A stretch of DNA of 64,000 nt from a candidate division WOR-3 bacterium (GCA_965649205.1 CBFGJV010000009.1:18661-82660); one strand, 5' to 3'; positions 49,965-59,986 are shown, counted from the first letter of the stretch. Translations and numbers: made by a program. The notes: generated by a model from the letters alone, not told the origin.

Positions 49965-50103
49965 ATGCTACAGAATCTCGGCGAAGCTGATACTCGGGCA
50001 AAACTGATTGACCCGGCCCTGCACGCCCGCGGCTGGACCGAGGACCTCATCCGTCGCGAATAAACCGCCGGGGCAAATAATTAGCACAGACGGCCAGCAG
50101 CAG
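49965..50103 (+). pseudogene. Relic N-terminus of a type I restriction subunit HsdR (EcoAI/EcoEI-like)
   Basis: MLQNLGEADTRAKLIDPALHARGWTEDLIRRE*TAGA contains the EADTR..IDPAL...GW HsdR N-terminal signature, broken by TAA at 50061 and then decayed. Confidence 0.65.
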
Positions 50104-50220
50104 CTCTTAGCTGCCAAAACACAGAGAGGCATGACAGGTCATAGGAATACGGATTTGCACCTCAGCCCCTCCGACCTTTTTGAGCCATTGACAAACTCAG
50201 TAGTCCTGCTATCTTCGTGC

Positions 50221-50829
50221 ATCACTGCACTTCTTTCTCTCCTTTTCGGCTTGGCGGTCGGTTCTATCCCTCCCGGCTATCTTGCCGGCCGACTGAATGG
50301 TTTTGACATACGCACTCGCGGCTCCGGCAGTACCGGTTTCACTAATGTGTATCGTACCCTGGGTCTGGCTTGGGCTCTGCCGGTGCTGATTCTGGACTTG
50401 GCCAAGGGTATCGTCCCGGTTGCGCTGGCCGACCGTCTGGGGTTGATTCCCGCCATAGTGGGCGTTGGCGCCATACTGGGTCATGTGTTTCCGCCCTGGT
50501 TGGGTTTTCGCGGAGGCAAGGGCGTTGCCACTACTCTAGCAGTAAGTGCTCTTCTCTGCTTTCGGAGCTTTGCTTTGGCTTTTGCCGTGTATGTATTGCT
50601 GCTTTTCATCTTCGGCTATGTATCTGTTTCCTCGCTTGTTTTCGGCGTCATTCTCAGTCCGCTTACCGCCATCTTCTACCCGCGCAACTATGCGCTGCTG
50701 GGTTTCTCGCTGGTTGCCGGTATCATCATTCTGGTGCGACACACTGGTAACATACGCCGTCTGCTTGCCGGTACTGAGCCGCGTTTTGGTCTCTGGCTGA
50801 AACTGTTCCGCAAAGGAGCAAACTCTTGA
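50221..50829 (+). CDS. plsY: Glycerol-3-phosphate acyltransferase PlsY
   Basis: GSIP, DIR..GSG..GFTNVYR, D..KG, GHVFP..L.FRGGKGVAT, RH..NI.RL..GTE. Start is ATC 50221 or TTG 50188 (uncertain). Confidence 0.92.
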   Translation: MTALLSLLFGLAVGSIPPGYLAGRLNGFDIRTRGSGSTGFTNVYRTLGLAWALPVLILDLAKGIVPVALADRLGLIPAIVGVGAILGHVFPPWLGFRGGKGVATTLAVSALLCFRSFALAFAVYVLLLFIFGYVSVSSLVFGVILSPLTAIFYPRNYALLGFSLVAGIIILVRHTGNIRRLLAGTEPRFGLWLKLFRKGANS

Positions 50830-51818
50830 GAATCGGTTTTCTTGGCGCGGGCCGCTGGGCTTTAGCCCTTGCCTCAGGATTTGACCGCGGCGGTCATACG
50901 GTAGCGCTGTGGGAAAAGGACGCTCAGGCTCTGTCTCGTCTGGAGAACACCAGAAATCACCCCGACCTGCCTGCAGACTTTCGCCTTCCGGAAAAGGTGA
51001 TTGCTTCGGGCAGTGTTGCTGAGGTGCTAAACGGAACCGAGCTGGTCGTCTTTGCTGTTCCCTCCTCTGCGCTGTCGGCTGTGGTGCAGGAATGCGGTGC
51101 TCTGTTGCCCGGCACAGTCCATACCCTGGTAACTGTGACCAAGGGAATTGATCCGGCTACTCTGCGCCGGCTGTCCACGGTTATCAGCGCCACAGTGCGC
51201 GACCGGCCAGTGGTAGTTCTGGCCGGACCAGGCATACCCTATGATTTTGCTCGCGGGGACCCCACTTCGCTTGTGGCCGCCGCCGAAGAGCCGAAAGCGG
51301 CAGAGCTGGTGCGCGACGCCTTCACCGCCGGCAATTTGCGCATCTATTCCTCTCCTGACGTGGTGGGAGTAGAACTGGGAGCGGCACTGAAGAATGTGAT
51401 TGCTCTGGCTGCCGGCATCGCCCAAGCTCTGGGCTTGGGTATCAACGCCCAGGCCGCCCTTCTCACCCGAGGACTGGCGGAAATCACCCGGCTGGGTATC
51501 GCTCTTAACGCCAATCCGCTCACCTTTTCCGGACTGGCCGGCATGGGAGACCTGATTGTCACCGCTTTTTCCGAACATTCACGGAATCACCGGCTAGGGT
51601 GGCTTATCGGGCAAGGTCAGAGCTTGACGCAAGCCCAGCAGACGCTGCACGGCATCGCCGAAGGTGCAGCCACCTGTCTGGCTGCCCGCAACCTCAGTCT
51701 CAAACACCACGTGGAAATGCCCATCTGTACAGAAGTGTACCGCATTCTGTACGAAGGCGCAGACCCGGCAGAAAGCTTGCACCGGTTGCTGCGCCGCACT
51801 CCGAAAAAGGAGGTATGA
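50826..51818 (+). CDS. gpsA: NAD(P)H-dependent glycerol-3-phosphate dehydrogenase
   Basis: GAGRW, TKGI, GVELGAALKNVIA, GMGDLIVT, SRN, EMPI. Confidence 0.94.
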   Translation: MRIGFLGAGRWALALASGFDRGGHTVALWEKDAQALSRLENTRNHPDLPADFRLPEKVIASGSVAEVLNGTELVVFAVPSSALSAVVQECGALLPGTVHTLVTVTKGIDPATLRRLSTVISATVRDRPVVVLAGPGIPYDFARGDPTSLVAAAEEPKAAELVRDAFTAGNLRIYSSPDVVGVELGAALKNVIALAAGIAQALGLGINAQAALLTRGLAEITRLGIALNANPLTFSGLAGMGDLIVTAFSEHSRNHRLGWLIGQGQSLTQAQQTLHGIAEGAATCLAARNLSLKHHVEMPICTEVYRILYEGADPAESLHRLLRRTPKKEV

Positions 51819-51819
51819 T

Positions 51820-52260
51820 ATGTCCGACCGCGTCCCTGCCGCCGGTAATCCGAAGAAGCCGCGCGCAACAGAAGCAGAGGTTCCCCAGTCAACGCCGCCG
51901 AAGGTCGAAACCGTACACCGCTTCTACACCGTCACCCAAGCGTGCAAGAAGCTGGGAGTGGAACCTTATATCCTACGCTACTGGGAAGAAGAGTTCGGCC
52001 TGACGGTAAAACGCAACTCTGCGGGCCGGCGGATGTATTTAGAAGAGCAGTTGGAGCTACTGGCCACTATCAAACACCTTGTCCGTCACGAAAAGCTGAC
52101 TATAAAAGGTGCCAAGCGCCAGCTAGCAAAGATGAAATCCGCACCGCCCGCAGCTGCGGACCAGAGCTCCCAGACTGATCTGCTCTGGCTGAAGAAGGAA
52201 CTCATTTCGCTCAAGGAACTGCTGAGCCAGTCCTTCGAGGAGCGCAGCTCAGGAACTTGA
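51820..52260 (+). CDS. MerR-family HTH protein
   Basis: FYTV......GVEPYILRYWEEEF, RN.AGRR.Y, LTIKGAK; AAGGAGG SD. Confidence 0.85.
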   Translation: MSDRVPAAGNPKKPRATEAEVPQSTPPKVETVHRFYTVTQACKKLGVEPYILRYWEEEFGLTVKRNSAGRRMYLEEQLELLATIKHLVRHEKLTIKGAKRQLAKMKSAPPAAADQSSQTDLLWLKKELISLKELLSQSFEERSSGT

Positions 52261-52300
52261 CCTGAATTCTGCCCACACTATGCTGTGCTGGAGGTAGCAA

Positions 52301-53398
52301 ATCAAGACCTTTCTGGCTGCACTGTTCTGCTGTTGCAGCATTGTCCTACCCGGCCCGGTCGCCAAGTATCTGGGTATTGAGCTCGGTCGGCTTCAGGCTG
52401 CTCTGCATGTCCAAAAGGACTCAATTCATATGACCCTGCCCGAAGCTTGGGATACAGTCAGAATTCGCACCGTGTACGACACTTCCACCGTGATCGCCGA
52501 GACCGTCTATGAGATGCGTCCGGCTTGGCTTACAGAACGCAAAGGCGAACCTCAGTTTGCGCTTCTGGGCACCAGTTGGCTGGCCAGAGCCAGGGGATTA
52601 TCCCTTCCCCCGGGCATTCAGGCGACAAGCGTTGACACTTCCATAGAGAACACCGACACCACCCTCTTGTGGAAGCTCAACTATTCTGGTTTTAACTTCA
52701 ACATAGATGCATACCACATACCTTTCCGGGTCGGCAACTGGTGGCGGATGGGCATCGCCGGCACCTATTACTATGACGTAACCGGCGACAGCATCCCGGA
52801 CACTATAAGAATCTGGGGAGATACCACCAAGATAGTGGGCATTGAAAACGTGGTTATTCCCTATGGCGCCATTCCGAACGCCTACAAGCTGGCGCATGTG
52901 GCCCGTCAGTCCATGCATGGCACCTACCAGGGTATTCCGGTACGCGAGACTTCCTACATCCGCGGCTGGCACTGGTACAAGGACTCGCTGGGCGCCGTGA
53001 AGGATTCCAGCCAGACAACCGGAGTTATCTACATGCGCATGCTGGTATGGCTGAAAGCCGGCAATTTCTACAGCCAGGGCACCGGCGTGCTGCTCGACCA
53101 CCATACCGGCCAGTCCGAAATGTCTGACCGCCGGGACCAGCTTCCCCGCCTGGCCGTTTTCCCCAACCCCTTTCGTGTGCATACAACCATCCAGCTACCG
53201 CTGGACACAGCTTGTTCCGAGCCAGTCCGGATTTACGACGCCACCGGCAAGTTGAAACGCTCCCTTTTCGGTAACAGACGGTCGGGAGCCGGTTTTGTCA
53301 GCTGGGATGGGCTTGACGAGTACCTTTCTCCTGTGCCTGGCGGCATTTACTTCATCCGGCACGGGTCTTCTGTCTGCACGGTAAACCGGTTACAGTAA
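52301..53398 (+). CDS. Secreted hypothetical protein with FlgD/T9SS-like C-terminal domain
   Basis: C-terminal VFPNPF...IYDATGK...WDG...PGGIYF. The frame is open back to ATC 52301 (after GGAGGT), giving the signal-peptide-like KTFLAALFCCCSIVLPG. Confidence 0.7.
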   Translation: MKTFLAALFCCCSIVLPGPVAKYLGIELGRLQAALHVQKDSIHMTLPEAWDTVRIRTVYDTSTVIAETVYEMRPAWLTERKGEPQFALLGTSWLARARGLSLPPGIQATSVDTSIENTDTTLLWKLNYSGFNFNIDAYHIPFRVGNWWRMGIAGTYYYDVTGDSIPDTIRIWGDTTKIVGIENVVIPYGAIPNAYKLAHVARQSMHGTYQGIPVRETSYIRGWHWYKDSLGAVKDSSQTTGVIYMRMLVWLKAGNFYSQGTGVLLDHHTGQSEMSDRRDQLPRLAVFPNPFRVHTTIQLPLDTACSEPVRIYDATGKLKRSLFGNRRSGAGFVSWDGLDEYLSPVPGGIYFIRHGSSVCTVNRLQ

Positions 53399-53415
53399 AC
53401 GGGTTTCGCAACAGG

Positions 53416-53443
53416 TTGACAGACGGCTTGTCTTGTCTAACAT
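53416..53443 (+). promoter_or_regulatory. Promoter TTGACA-16-TAACAT for the CoA-transferase/ACAD operon
   Basis: Hexamers seen; AGGAGG SD before ATG 53510. Confidence 0.6.
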
Positions 53444-53509
53444 CGTGGACGCTCACAGTTACTTTATGTTTCTGGTCTACCCAATCCACACCGCAACCAG
53501 GAGGATACT

Positions 53510-54481
53510 ATGGACATAATTGAGTCCGGCATTGGCGAGTTGTTCCAGCCTCCCGACCCGGACGGATTCCGGGAATGGGTGCACACCAAGAAGAACCGCA
53601 GAATGACAGACAAGGTACTGACCGAGCAAGAAGCGATCAGCCAGTTTGTCTCGGACGGCGATTATCTGGGCACCGAGCTGTACGGCACAGTCCGCGCTCC
53701 CATGTCTTTAGTCCGGGAGGTAATACGGCAGGGCAAGAAACATCTGCGCGTGGCTGGCCAGGGCATACACGAGATTGACCTGCTGCTGGCCGCCGATTTG
53801 GTGGATACTTTGGACATCACCTATGTGGGCTGGGAGGTGTATGGTATCTCCAGTTGTCTGCGCCGCGCGGTGGAAAGCGGCAGGGTGAAAACCACAGAAT
53901 GGTCCAACGCCGGCATTTCCTGGCGTTTCAAGGCCGCAGCGATGGGGGTTCCGTTCGTGGCTGTGCGCTCCATGCTGGGAACCGACACTCTAAAGTATTC
54001 TGCTGCCAAGGTCGCAAAGGACCCGTTCACCGGCAAACCGGTCTGTCTTCTGCCCGCTCTGTTTCTGGACGTCGGCCTGATTCACGTGCATCAGGCGGAT
54101 AGATACGGCAACTGCCGCATCGAAGGCGTATCCGGGTTTGCCCACGAAATGGCCCGGGCAAGCAAGAAGCTGATAATATCTACCGAGGAGATAATATCTA
54201 CCGACAAAATCCGCAAATATCCGGAGCAGACAATAATCCCCTACTATCTGGTGGATGCCGTGGTAGAGGCGAAGTATGGTTCACATCCGGGTGAGATGTG
54301 CTACCGCTACTGGCGGGACGGAGAACACCTGCAGCAATTCCTCAAAGACTCGGCCGACCCGGCAAAAACCAAGACCTATCTGGACAAATGGGTCTATGGC
54401 GTGAAAAACCACCAGGAATATGTGGAGCTCGTCGGCTATGACCGGCTGAAGATGCTGGAATCACAGATTGGGAGGAGATAA
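53510..54481 (+). CDS. Family I CoA-transferase subunit A (glutaconate CoA-transferase-like)
   Basis: V.DGD, R.PM..VRE.IRQ, AAAMGVPF, DV.LIHV..ADRYGN, GSHP. Confidence 0.88.
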   Translation: MDIIESGIGELFQPPDPDGFREWVHTKKNRRMTDKVLTEQEAISQFVSDGDYLGTELYGTVRAPMSLVREVIRQGKKHLRVAGQGIHEIDLLLAADLVDTLDITYVGWEVYGISSCLRRAVESGRVKTTEWSNAGISWRFKAAAMGVPFVAVRSMLGTDTLKYSAAKVAKDPFTGKPVCLLPALFLDVGLIHVHQADRYGNCRIEGVSGFAHEMARASKKLIISTEEIISTDKIRKYPEQTIIPYYLVDAVVEAKYGSHPGEMCYRYWRDGEHLQQFLKDSADPAKTKTYLDKWVYGVKNHQEYVELVGYDRLKMLESQIGRR

Positions 54482-55245
54482 TGGCAGACTATAACGAAAC
54501 TGAATTCCTTATCTGTCTGGCTTCGCACCTCATGGAAAACGAGGCCACCGCCTTTGTCGGTACCGGCATTCCCATGCTCGCCGCCGCTTTGGCCAAACGC
54601 ACGCACGCGCCCAATCTGCAGGCCATATTTGAATTCGGTGGCACTGGCGCCTCTCTCAAACAACTACCCCTGGGCGTGGCTGATTCGCGTACCTTTCACA
54701 AGGCGGTAGCCGCTTCTGGCATCTGCGACATAATGGAAACTTCTGCCCGCGGCTTCGTGGAATACGGTTTCTTGGGCGGGGCGCAGATAGATATGTACGG
54801 CAACCTGAACACCACCGTAATCGGGCCCTACTGGCCGCCCAAGGTGCGGCTGCCCGGTTCTGGCGGTGCGAACGACGTGGGCTCTTTCTGTTGGAAGACC
54901 ATCGTCATTATGCGCAAGCACGAACCTCGCTCCTTTGTGCCCAAGGTGGATTTTGTCACCACTCCCGGCTACCTCACCGGGCCAGGCGCCAGAGAAAAAG
55001 CCGGGCTGCCGCCAGGCACCGGTCCTTATCGGGTAGTCACCAATCTCGCCCTGATGGATTTTGAGCCTGAGTCCAAACGTATGCGCCTCATCGGCGTGCA
55101 CCCCGGTGTCACTGTGGAGCAGGTAAAGGCTGCCACCGGGTTTGAACTGCTCGTGGCTGACAAAGTGGTAACCAATCGCAAACCCACCAAACGCGAACTG
55201 CGACTTCTGCGGGAGAAAATAGACCCGGACCGTTACTACATCTAG
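54481..55245 (+). CDS. Family I CoA-transferase subunit B
   Basis: FVGTGIP, IFEFG catalytic-Glu region, FLGGAQIDMYGNLNTT, RLPGSGGAND, HPGV. Confidence 0.9.
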   Translation: MADYNETEFLICLASHLMENEATAFVGTGIPMLAAALAKRTHAPNLQAIFEFGGTGASLKQLPLGVADSRTFHKAVAASGICDIMETSARGFVEYGFLGGAQIDMYGNLNTTVIGPYWPPKVRLPGSGGANDVGSFCWKTIVIMRKHEPRSFVPKVDFVTTPGYLTGPGAREKAGLPPGTGPYRVVTNLALMDFEPESKRMRLIGVHPGVTVEQVKAATGFELLVADKVVTNRKPTKRELRLLREKIDPDRYYI

Positions 55246-55282
55246 CAGTCCATATGTCACCATACCTGCCGGAGCGTAAGCA

Positions 55283-56416
55283 ATGATACTATCCCAACAA
55301 CATCAGTCGTTTCGAGAAGAGGTGCGCAGTTTTGCGCTAAAGGAACTGGAACCTCGGGCCTGCGCCTGCGATGCCACCGGAGAGTTCGTACGCCAGAATG
55401 TAGAGGCTATGGCCCGGCGGGGTTACCTTGGCATTCCCTGGTCGCAGGAACTGGGAGGCAAAGGACTGGACTATCTCTCCTACGCCATAGCGGTGGAGGA
55501 AATATCGCGGGTATGTGCTTCTACCGGCATCACCATAGCCGCGCATACTTCCCTCGGCACTTATCCCATCTACAAGTTCGGCACCGAAGAGCAGAAAAAG
55601 AAATACATCCCCCCTCTTGCCCGCGGAGAGTATCTGGGTGCCTTTGGCTTGACAGAACCTGAGGCCGGTTCTGACGCCGCGGCCATCTACACCACCGCCG
55701 TAAAAACAGACGGCGGTTACATACTTAATGGTTCCAAACGTTTCATCACCTCTGCCGGATATGCCGGCACGGTCATTGTGGCCGCAACCGAAGACCGCAG
55801 CCTGGGACGCAAAGGTATTACCTGCTTCATCGTGGAAACCAGCACCCCGGGTTTCAAAGTGGCGCAGGAAGAAAAGAAAATGGGCCTCAAGGCTTCCAAC
55901 ACGGTCGAACTGTCATTTGAGGACATGTTCGTTCCCACCGAGAACATTCTCGGTAAAGCAAGAGACGGCTACCGTATATTTATGGAAACTCTGGACGGCG
56001 GCCGCATCTCCATTGGCGCCTTCTGTCTGGGTATGGCGCAGGGAGCGCTAGATGAACTGCTGAAGTGGGCTGCTGGCTGCAGCAACCTTTCCCAGATTGC
56101 TTCTCGGGTTCTGGCAGACACCGCCTTAGAAGTAGAAGCGGCCCGTCTGCTCGTTTACGATGCGGCTATGACCAAAGACGCTGGCATCCGCGCAGACAAG
56201 ATATGCGCCTTTGCCAAGCTTTACGCTTCGGAAGTAGCCGTGCGCGCCGCCAGCAACGCCATCAGCATAATCGGTCCCCGGGCGCTCAGCCGGGAATTGC
56301 CCCTGGAACGCATCTACCGCGACTCCAAATTGGGAGAAATAGGCGAAGGCACATCCGAAGTGATGCGGCTCATCATCGCCAAAGAAGTTCTAAACGAAGC
56401 GAAAAAGAATGCATAA
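55283..56416 (+). CDS. Acyl-CoA dehydrogenase (partly divergent C-terminal domain)
   Basis: [42 protein letters not shown]; lacks RxQFG and GGxG. Confidence 0.88.
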   Translation: MILSQQHQSFREEVRSFALKELEPRACACDATGEFVRQNVEAMARRGYLGIPWSQELGGKGLDYLSYAIAVEEISRVCASTGITIAAHTSLGTYPIYKFGTEEQKKKYIPPLARGEYLGAFGLTEPEAGSDAAAIYTTAVKTDGGYILNGSKRFITSAGYAGTVIVAATEDRSLGRKGITCFIVETSTPGFKVAQEEKKMGLKASNTVELSFEDMFVPTENILGKARDGYRIFMETLDGGRISIGAFCLGMAQGALDELLKWAAGCSNLSQIASRVLADTALEVEAARLLVYDAAMTKDAGIRADKICAFAKLYASEVAVRAASNAISIIGPRALSRELPLERIYRDSKLGEIGEGTSEVMRLIIAKEVLNEAKKNA

Positions 56417-56506
56417 ACCGGGACCGGAGCTTCTTTTCCTGACGGAACGCCTTTTGTTCTGTACTGAAAGCCCGGTGCCTGTTCAATCCCTGTCAAAGGA
56501 GGAATA

Positions 56507-57649
56507 ATGGATTTCAGTCTGACTGAAGATCAGAAAATGATACAACAGATGGCCCGCGACTTTGCCACCAACGAACTAGAGCCAAAAGCCGCCGAACTGG
56601 ACAAAACCGGCGAATTTCCCCACGACTCCATCAAAAAAATGGCAGAACTGGGCCTGTTGGGAATGGTAGTTCCCGAACAGTATGGCGGCGCCAGCTTCGG
56701 CTTTATCAGCCTGGCCATCGCCGTGGAAGAAATCTCGCGCGCCTGCGCTTCTACCGGGGTCATCACCGCGGTCCACAACTCGCTGGCTTCGTGGCCTATC
56801 GCCAACTGGGGCACCGAAGAACAGAAGCAGAAATACTTGCCCAGAATGGCTGCCGGGGAACTGCTGGGTGCATTCGGGCTCACCGAGGCCAACTGCGGTT
56901 CTGACCCGGCTGGAATGGAAACCAAGGCCGTGCTCTCCGGCGACTACTATATCCTGAACGGTTCCAAGCGGTTCATCACCAATGGCGGAGCCGCAGACGT
57001 GTTTATCGTCTTCGCCAAGACCGACCCGGCCGCAGGCAGCCGCGGAGTCACCTGTTTCATCGTGGAAAAGAACTTCCCCGGCTTTTCTGTGGGGAAGCAC
57101 GAAGACCTGCTCGGTCTGCGCGCCACCTCCAACTGCGAACTCATCTTCGAAGACTGCCGAGTGCCCAAAGAGAACGTGCTGGGTGAGGTCAACCAGGGGT
57201 TCAAAATAGCTATGGGCACGCTGGATGTGTCGCGCATCGACATCGGTGCGCAGGCAGTAGGCATTGCCCAGGCGGCGCTGGACAAGGCTCTCGCTTATTC
57301 CAAGGAACGCAAGCAGTTTGGCCGGCCCATATGCGAGTTTGAAATGATTCAGGAAAAACTGGCCCAGATGCATTCCCGCATCGTCGCTGCCCGGCTGCTC
57401 GTGTACAACGCCGCCTACCAGAAGGAAGCCGGCAAACAACGTTTCTCCGTAGAATCGGCGATGGCCAAGCTGTTCGCTGCCGAAACTGCAGTATATGTCA
57501 CTAAAGAAGCCGTGCAGATTTTCGGCGGCTATGGATATACCAAGGACTACCCGGTGGAGCGGTATTACCGCGACGCCAAATGTATGGAAATATACGAGGG
57601 TACCTCGGAAATCCAGAAGATAGTCATCGCCCGCGGTCTCTTGGCTTAG
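56507..57649 (+). CDS. Acyl-CoA dehydrogenase (butyryl-CoA dehydrogenase-like)
   Basis: [51 protein letters not shown]. Confidence 0.93.
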   Translation: MDFSLTEDQKMIQQMARDFATNELEPKAAELDKTGEFPHDSIKKMAELGLLGMVVPEQYGGASFGFISLAIAVEEISRACASTGVITAVHNSLASWPIANWGTEEQKQKYLPRMAAGELLGAFGLTEANCGSDPAGMETKAVLSGDYYILNGSKRFITNGGAADVFIVFAKTDPAAGSRGVTCFIVEKNFPGFSVGKHEDLLGLRATSNCELIFEDCRVPKENVLGEVNQGFKIAMGTLDVSRIDIGAQAVGIAQAALDKALAYSKERKQFGRPICEFEMIQEKLAQMHSRIVAARLLVYNAAYQKEAGKQRFSVESAMAKLFAAETAVYVTKEAVQIFGGYGYTKDYPVERYYRDAKCMEIYEGTSEIQKIVIARGLLA

Positions 57650-58340
57650 TGGTCAGCTTAGACTGCTGTCGCAGCGAGTCTACCACCACGAGCAGATGAG
57701 ACACAGACCAGTCTGACACTGCGCCCTTTTCGTCTCGCGCCCGGCAGCGGATAAAGAATTCGCCCGTATCACGCCACATGTGCATCCTCGTCACCCTCGT
57801 GCCGCTACCCACCCACGCTCCCCACTCCGAAGTATCCGCATCTCCTCCGCCCCAGTGAAACTGCAACGCTACCCGGTCGCCGTTACTGTCCGCAGCCGCA
57901 GCCGCAAACTCATACACTCTGCCAACCACTCCGCTATCCGGCCCGCTGGGAGCGGCCGGCGTAAAAGGCGGCAGGTTTACGGTATCGGCTATAACAATGC
58001 GGTGCCAACTGGACCACATAGAAACCACCCCTTTGTCATCTCTAGCCTGGACTGAAACTCGATAGTCACCGGGAAGGTGCCAGATATGCTGCCCGCGCGC
58101 CGTATCCCCTGAGGGAAATAGCTGGGTCCAGTTCGAGGTATCGCCGTCATCCCAGTCAAATCTTACGGACACCATCCCTCCTTCCGGATCAGTGGCTGTA
58201 GCCGCAAAACTGTACTCCTGCGCCACTCTGCCTCGCACCGGACCTTGCGGCGCGGCAGGCTGATACGGCGGCTGATTCTTTGTACAGCCGACCAACCCCA
58301 AAGCACCAACCAGCAAAACTCTCCACACACTGCTATTCAT
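57624..58340 (-). CDS. Lipoprotein with two PKD-like domains (paralog of 45527)
   Basis: Lipobox LVGC; [26 protein letters not shown]. An upstream ATG at 58436 overlaps the porX stop. Confidence 0.72.
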   Translation of the reverse strand: MNSSVWRVLLVGALGLVGCTKNQPPYQPAAPQGPVRGRVAQEYSFAATATDPEGGMVSVRFDWDDGDTSNWTQLFPSGDTARGQHIWHLPGDYRVSVQARDDKGVVSMWSSWHRIVIADTVNLPPFTPAAPSGPDSGVVGRVYEFAAAAADSNGDRVALQFHWGGGDADTSEWGAWVGSGTRVTRMHMWRDTGEFFIRCRARDEKGAVSDWSVSHLLVVVDSLRQQSKLTTKPRDRGR

Positions 58341-58432
58341 GATTGACTCCAATTCTGCTAACATTCTATCATCCATTTCTCCCCTCTCCAGCTCCTCCGG
58401 CGCCTGCTTGTTACCTAACCCTGCGCTTGTGC

Positions 58433-59959
58433 TCATCTCGGTCTGAGTGTAGCCACCGGGACTACCATCTCACCAAGCGAAATGCCGCCATGCTGGTAAC
58501 TCATCTTGTAGGTCTTCTCATATTGTTTCGGCTTGGTCGGGTAGATGAAGTAGTAGTCAGAGAAAGCTATGGCCAAATTGGCAGAAGCGTGTTCTGTCGG
58601 CAAAAAAAACACCGCAGGGTCGCGCAACGTCAAAGCCGTGCGTTCGTCCACCCGCAAAGCGCCGCCGTATTTGTAGCGGAGATTCGCCGAAATCTCTCTG
58701 CCGCCATAGATAGCGGTCGGCCGCCTGACCCGGATGAATCCGTGATCGGTCGTAATTACCACCCGACAGTCCTTGCGGGCCAGAGACCGCAGCAACGCGA
58801 AAGGCGCAGAAGAAGAAAACCATACCCGGGTCATCGCCACCAGAGCCTGATCATTGGGGATAATCTCGTCCAGCACCTGCGTGGTCTTTACCGAATGGAT
58901 GAGCTGATCCAGGAAGTTGAACACCAGTGCGGTGAATCTGACGCCAGAATCAAGCAGAGCGCCCCGTTCCCGAGCCAGGTCTTCACTGGAAGGAGCCTTG
59001 ACAAACGTAAACCGACCGGTAAACCGGAGCCGGCGCAGATACTCCGTGAGCAACTCCTTTTCAAAACGGTTCTGCCCGGTCTCCTCTGCTACCCAATACT
59101 GGGGATAGCGCCGTTGTATCTCCAATGGCAACAAACCGGAGAAAATGGCATTACGCGCATAAGGCGTAGCGCTAGGTAGAATTGCGCAATAGTAACGGGT
59201 CTCCACCTCGTAGTACTCCCGCAACAAAGGCACAATCGCATCCCACTGGTCCAGCCGCATGGAGTCGAAGAGAAAAAGGTAGGTAGGTTTTTCTTCCCAG
59301 TGCGGCCGGACGAACTTCTCTATCACCTGATGTGACAGCACCGGCGTTGTCTCCGCCCCGGAGCCGCTACCGCTCAACCATCTGCGGTATTCGGCCAAGA
59401 TGAACCGCGTAAAACTGTCGTTTGCCTGCTGCCAACGTTCTTCCTGGATTTCATTCAGGGCCGCATCTCCGTAGCGAGCGAGTATACTCTGCCAGTGAAA
59501 AAGGCTGCGGCAGTAATCTACCCACTCCGGCCAACTGGCAGGTTGCCGTACCTCGTTCATCGCCGCTATAAACTGCTGCCCCATTCTGTCTGCCACCAGC
59601 TTACGCTTTTCCAGCAGACGTTTGAGCACAGCCAGCAATTGCGCTGGAGAAAAAGGCTTGATAAGAAAATCGTCCACCAGTTCTCCGTACGCCTCATTCA
59701 CCAACCCCTCTTCATCCGACTTGGTCACCATCGTCACCAGCAAATTCGGGTCAGTCTGCTTCAGACGCCGCAGAACCTCCAGCCCCTGCATACCGGTCAT
59801 CATCTGATCCAATAACACCAGGTCATATTCCTTCTGCCTGACCAGTTCCAGACCATCCGGCCCGTTAGTAGCCGTGTCCACCTCATAACCCTTTTCCTGC
59901 AGCGTGTACACGAACGGCCGCAGCATATCTATCTCGTCATCAATCCAGAGTATTCTCAT
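58433..59959 (-). CDS. porX: PorX-like response regulator (receiver + PglZ/alkaline-phosphatase domain)
   Basis: ILWIDDEID, LLDQMM..MQG, TKSDEE; PglZ metal motifs FDSMRLDQW, SATPYARNAIF, NFLDQLIH, TTDHG, YQHGG. Confidence 0.88.
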   Translation of the reverse strand: MRILWIDDEIDMLRPFVYTLQEKGYEVDTATNGPDGLELVRQKEYDLVLLDQMMTGMQGLEVLRRLKQTDPNLLVTMVTKSDEEGLVNEAYGELVDDFLIKPFSPAQLLAVLKRLLEKRKLVADRMGQQFIAAMNEVRQPASWPEWVDYCRSLFHWQSILARYGDAALNEIQEERWQQANDSFTRFILAEYRRWLSGSGSGAETTPVLSHQVIEKFVRPHWEEKPTYLFLFDSMRLDQWDAIVPLLREYYEVETRYYCAILPSATPYARNAIFSGLLPLEIQRRYPQYWVAEETGQNRFEKELLTEYLRRLRFTGRFTFVKAPSSEDLARERGALLDSGVRFTALVFNFLDQLIHSVKTTQVLDEIIPNDQALVAMTRVWFSSSAPFALLRSLARKDCRVVITTDHGFIRVRRPTAIYGGREISANLRYKYGGALRVDERTALTLRDPAVFFLPTEHASANLAIAFSDYYFIYPTKPKQYEKTYKMSYQHGGISLGEMVVPVATLRPR

Positions 59960-59986
59960 AGCCTCTTCCCGCCAACTTGCATCTGC

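Noticed and set aside
50008-50187. Long N-terminal extension of PlsY in the ORF track (and similar extensions for rsmI, dnaK, rfbB, lptF, merR)
   Set aside because: Longest-ORF artefacts; better starts are supported by homology, SD, promoter position or stop/start overlap.
54173-54204. Direct repeat ATAATATCTACCGA x2 in CoA-transferase A
   Set aside because: In frame (IISTE/IISTD) within an ordinary conserved segment; no array or further copies.
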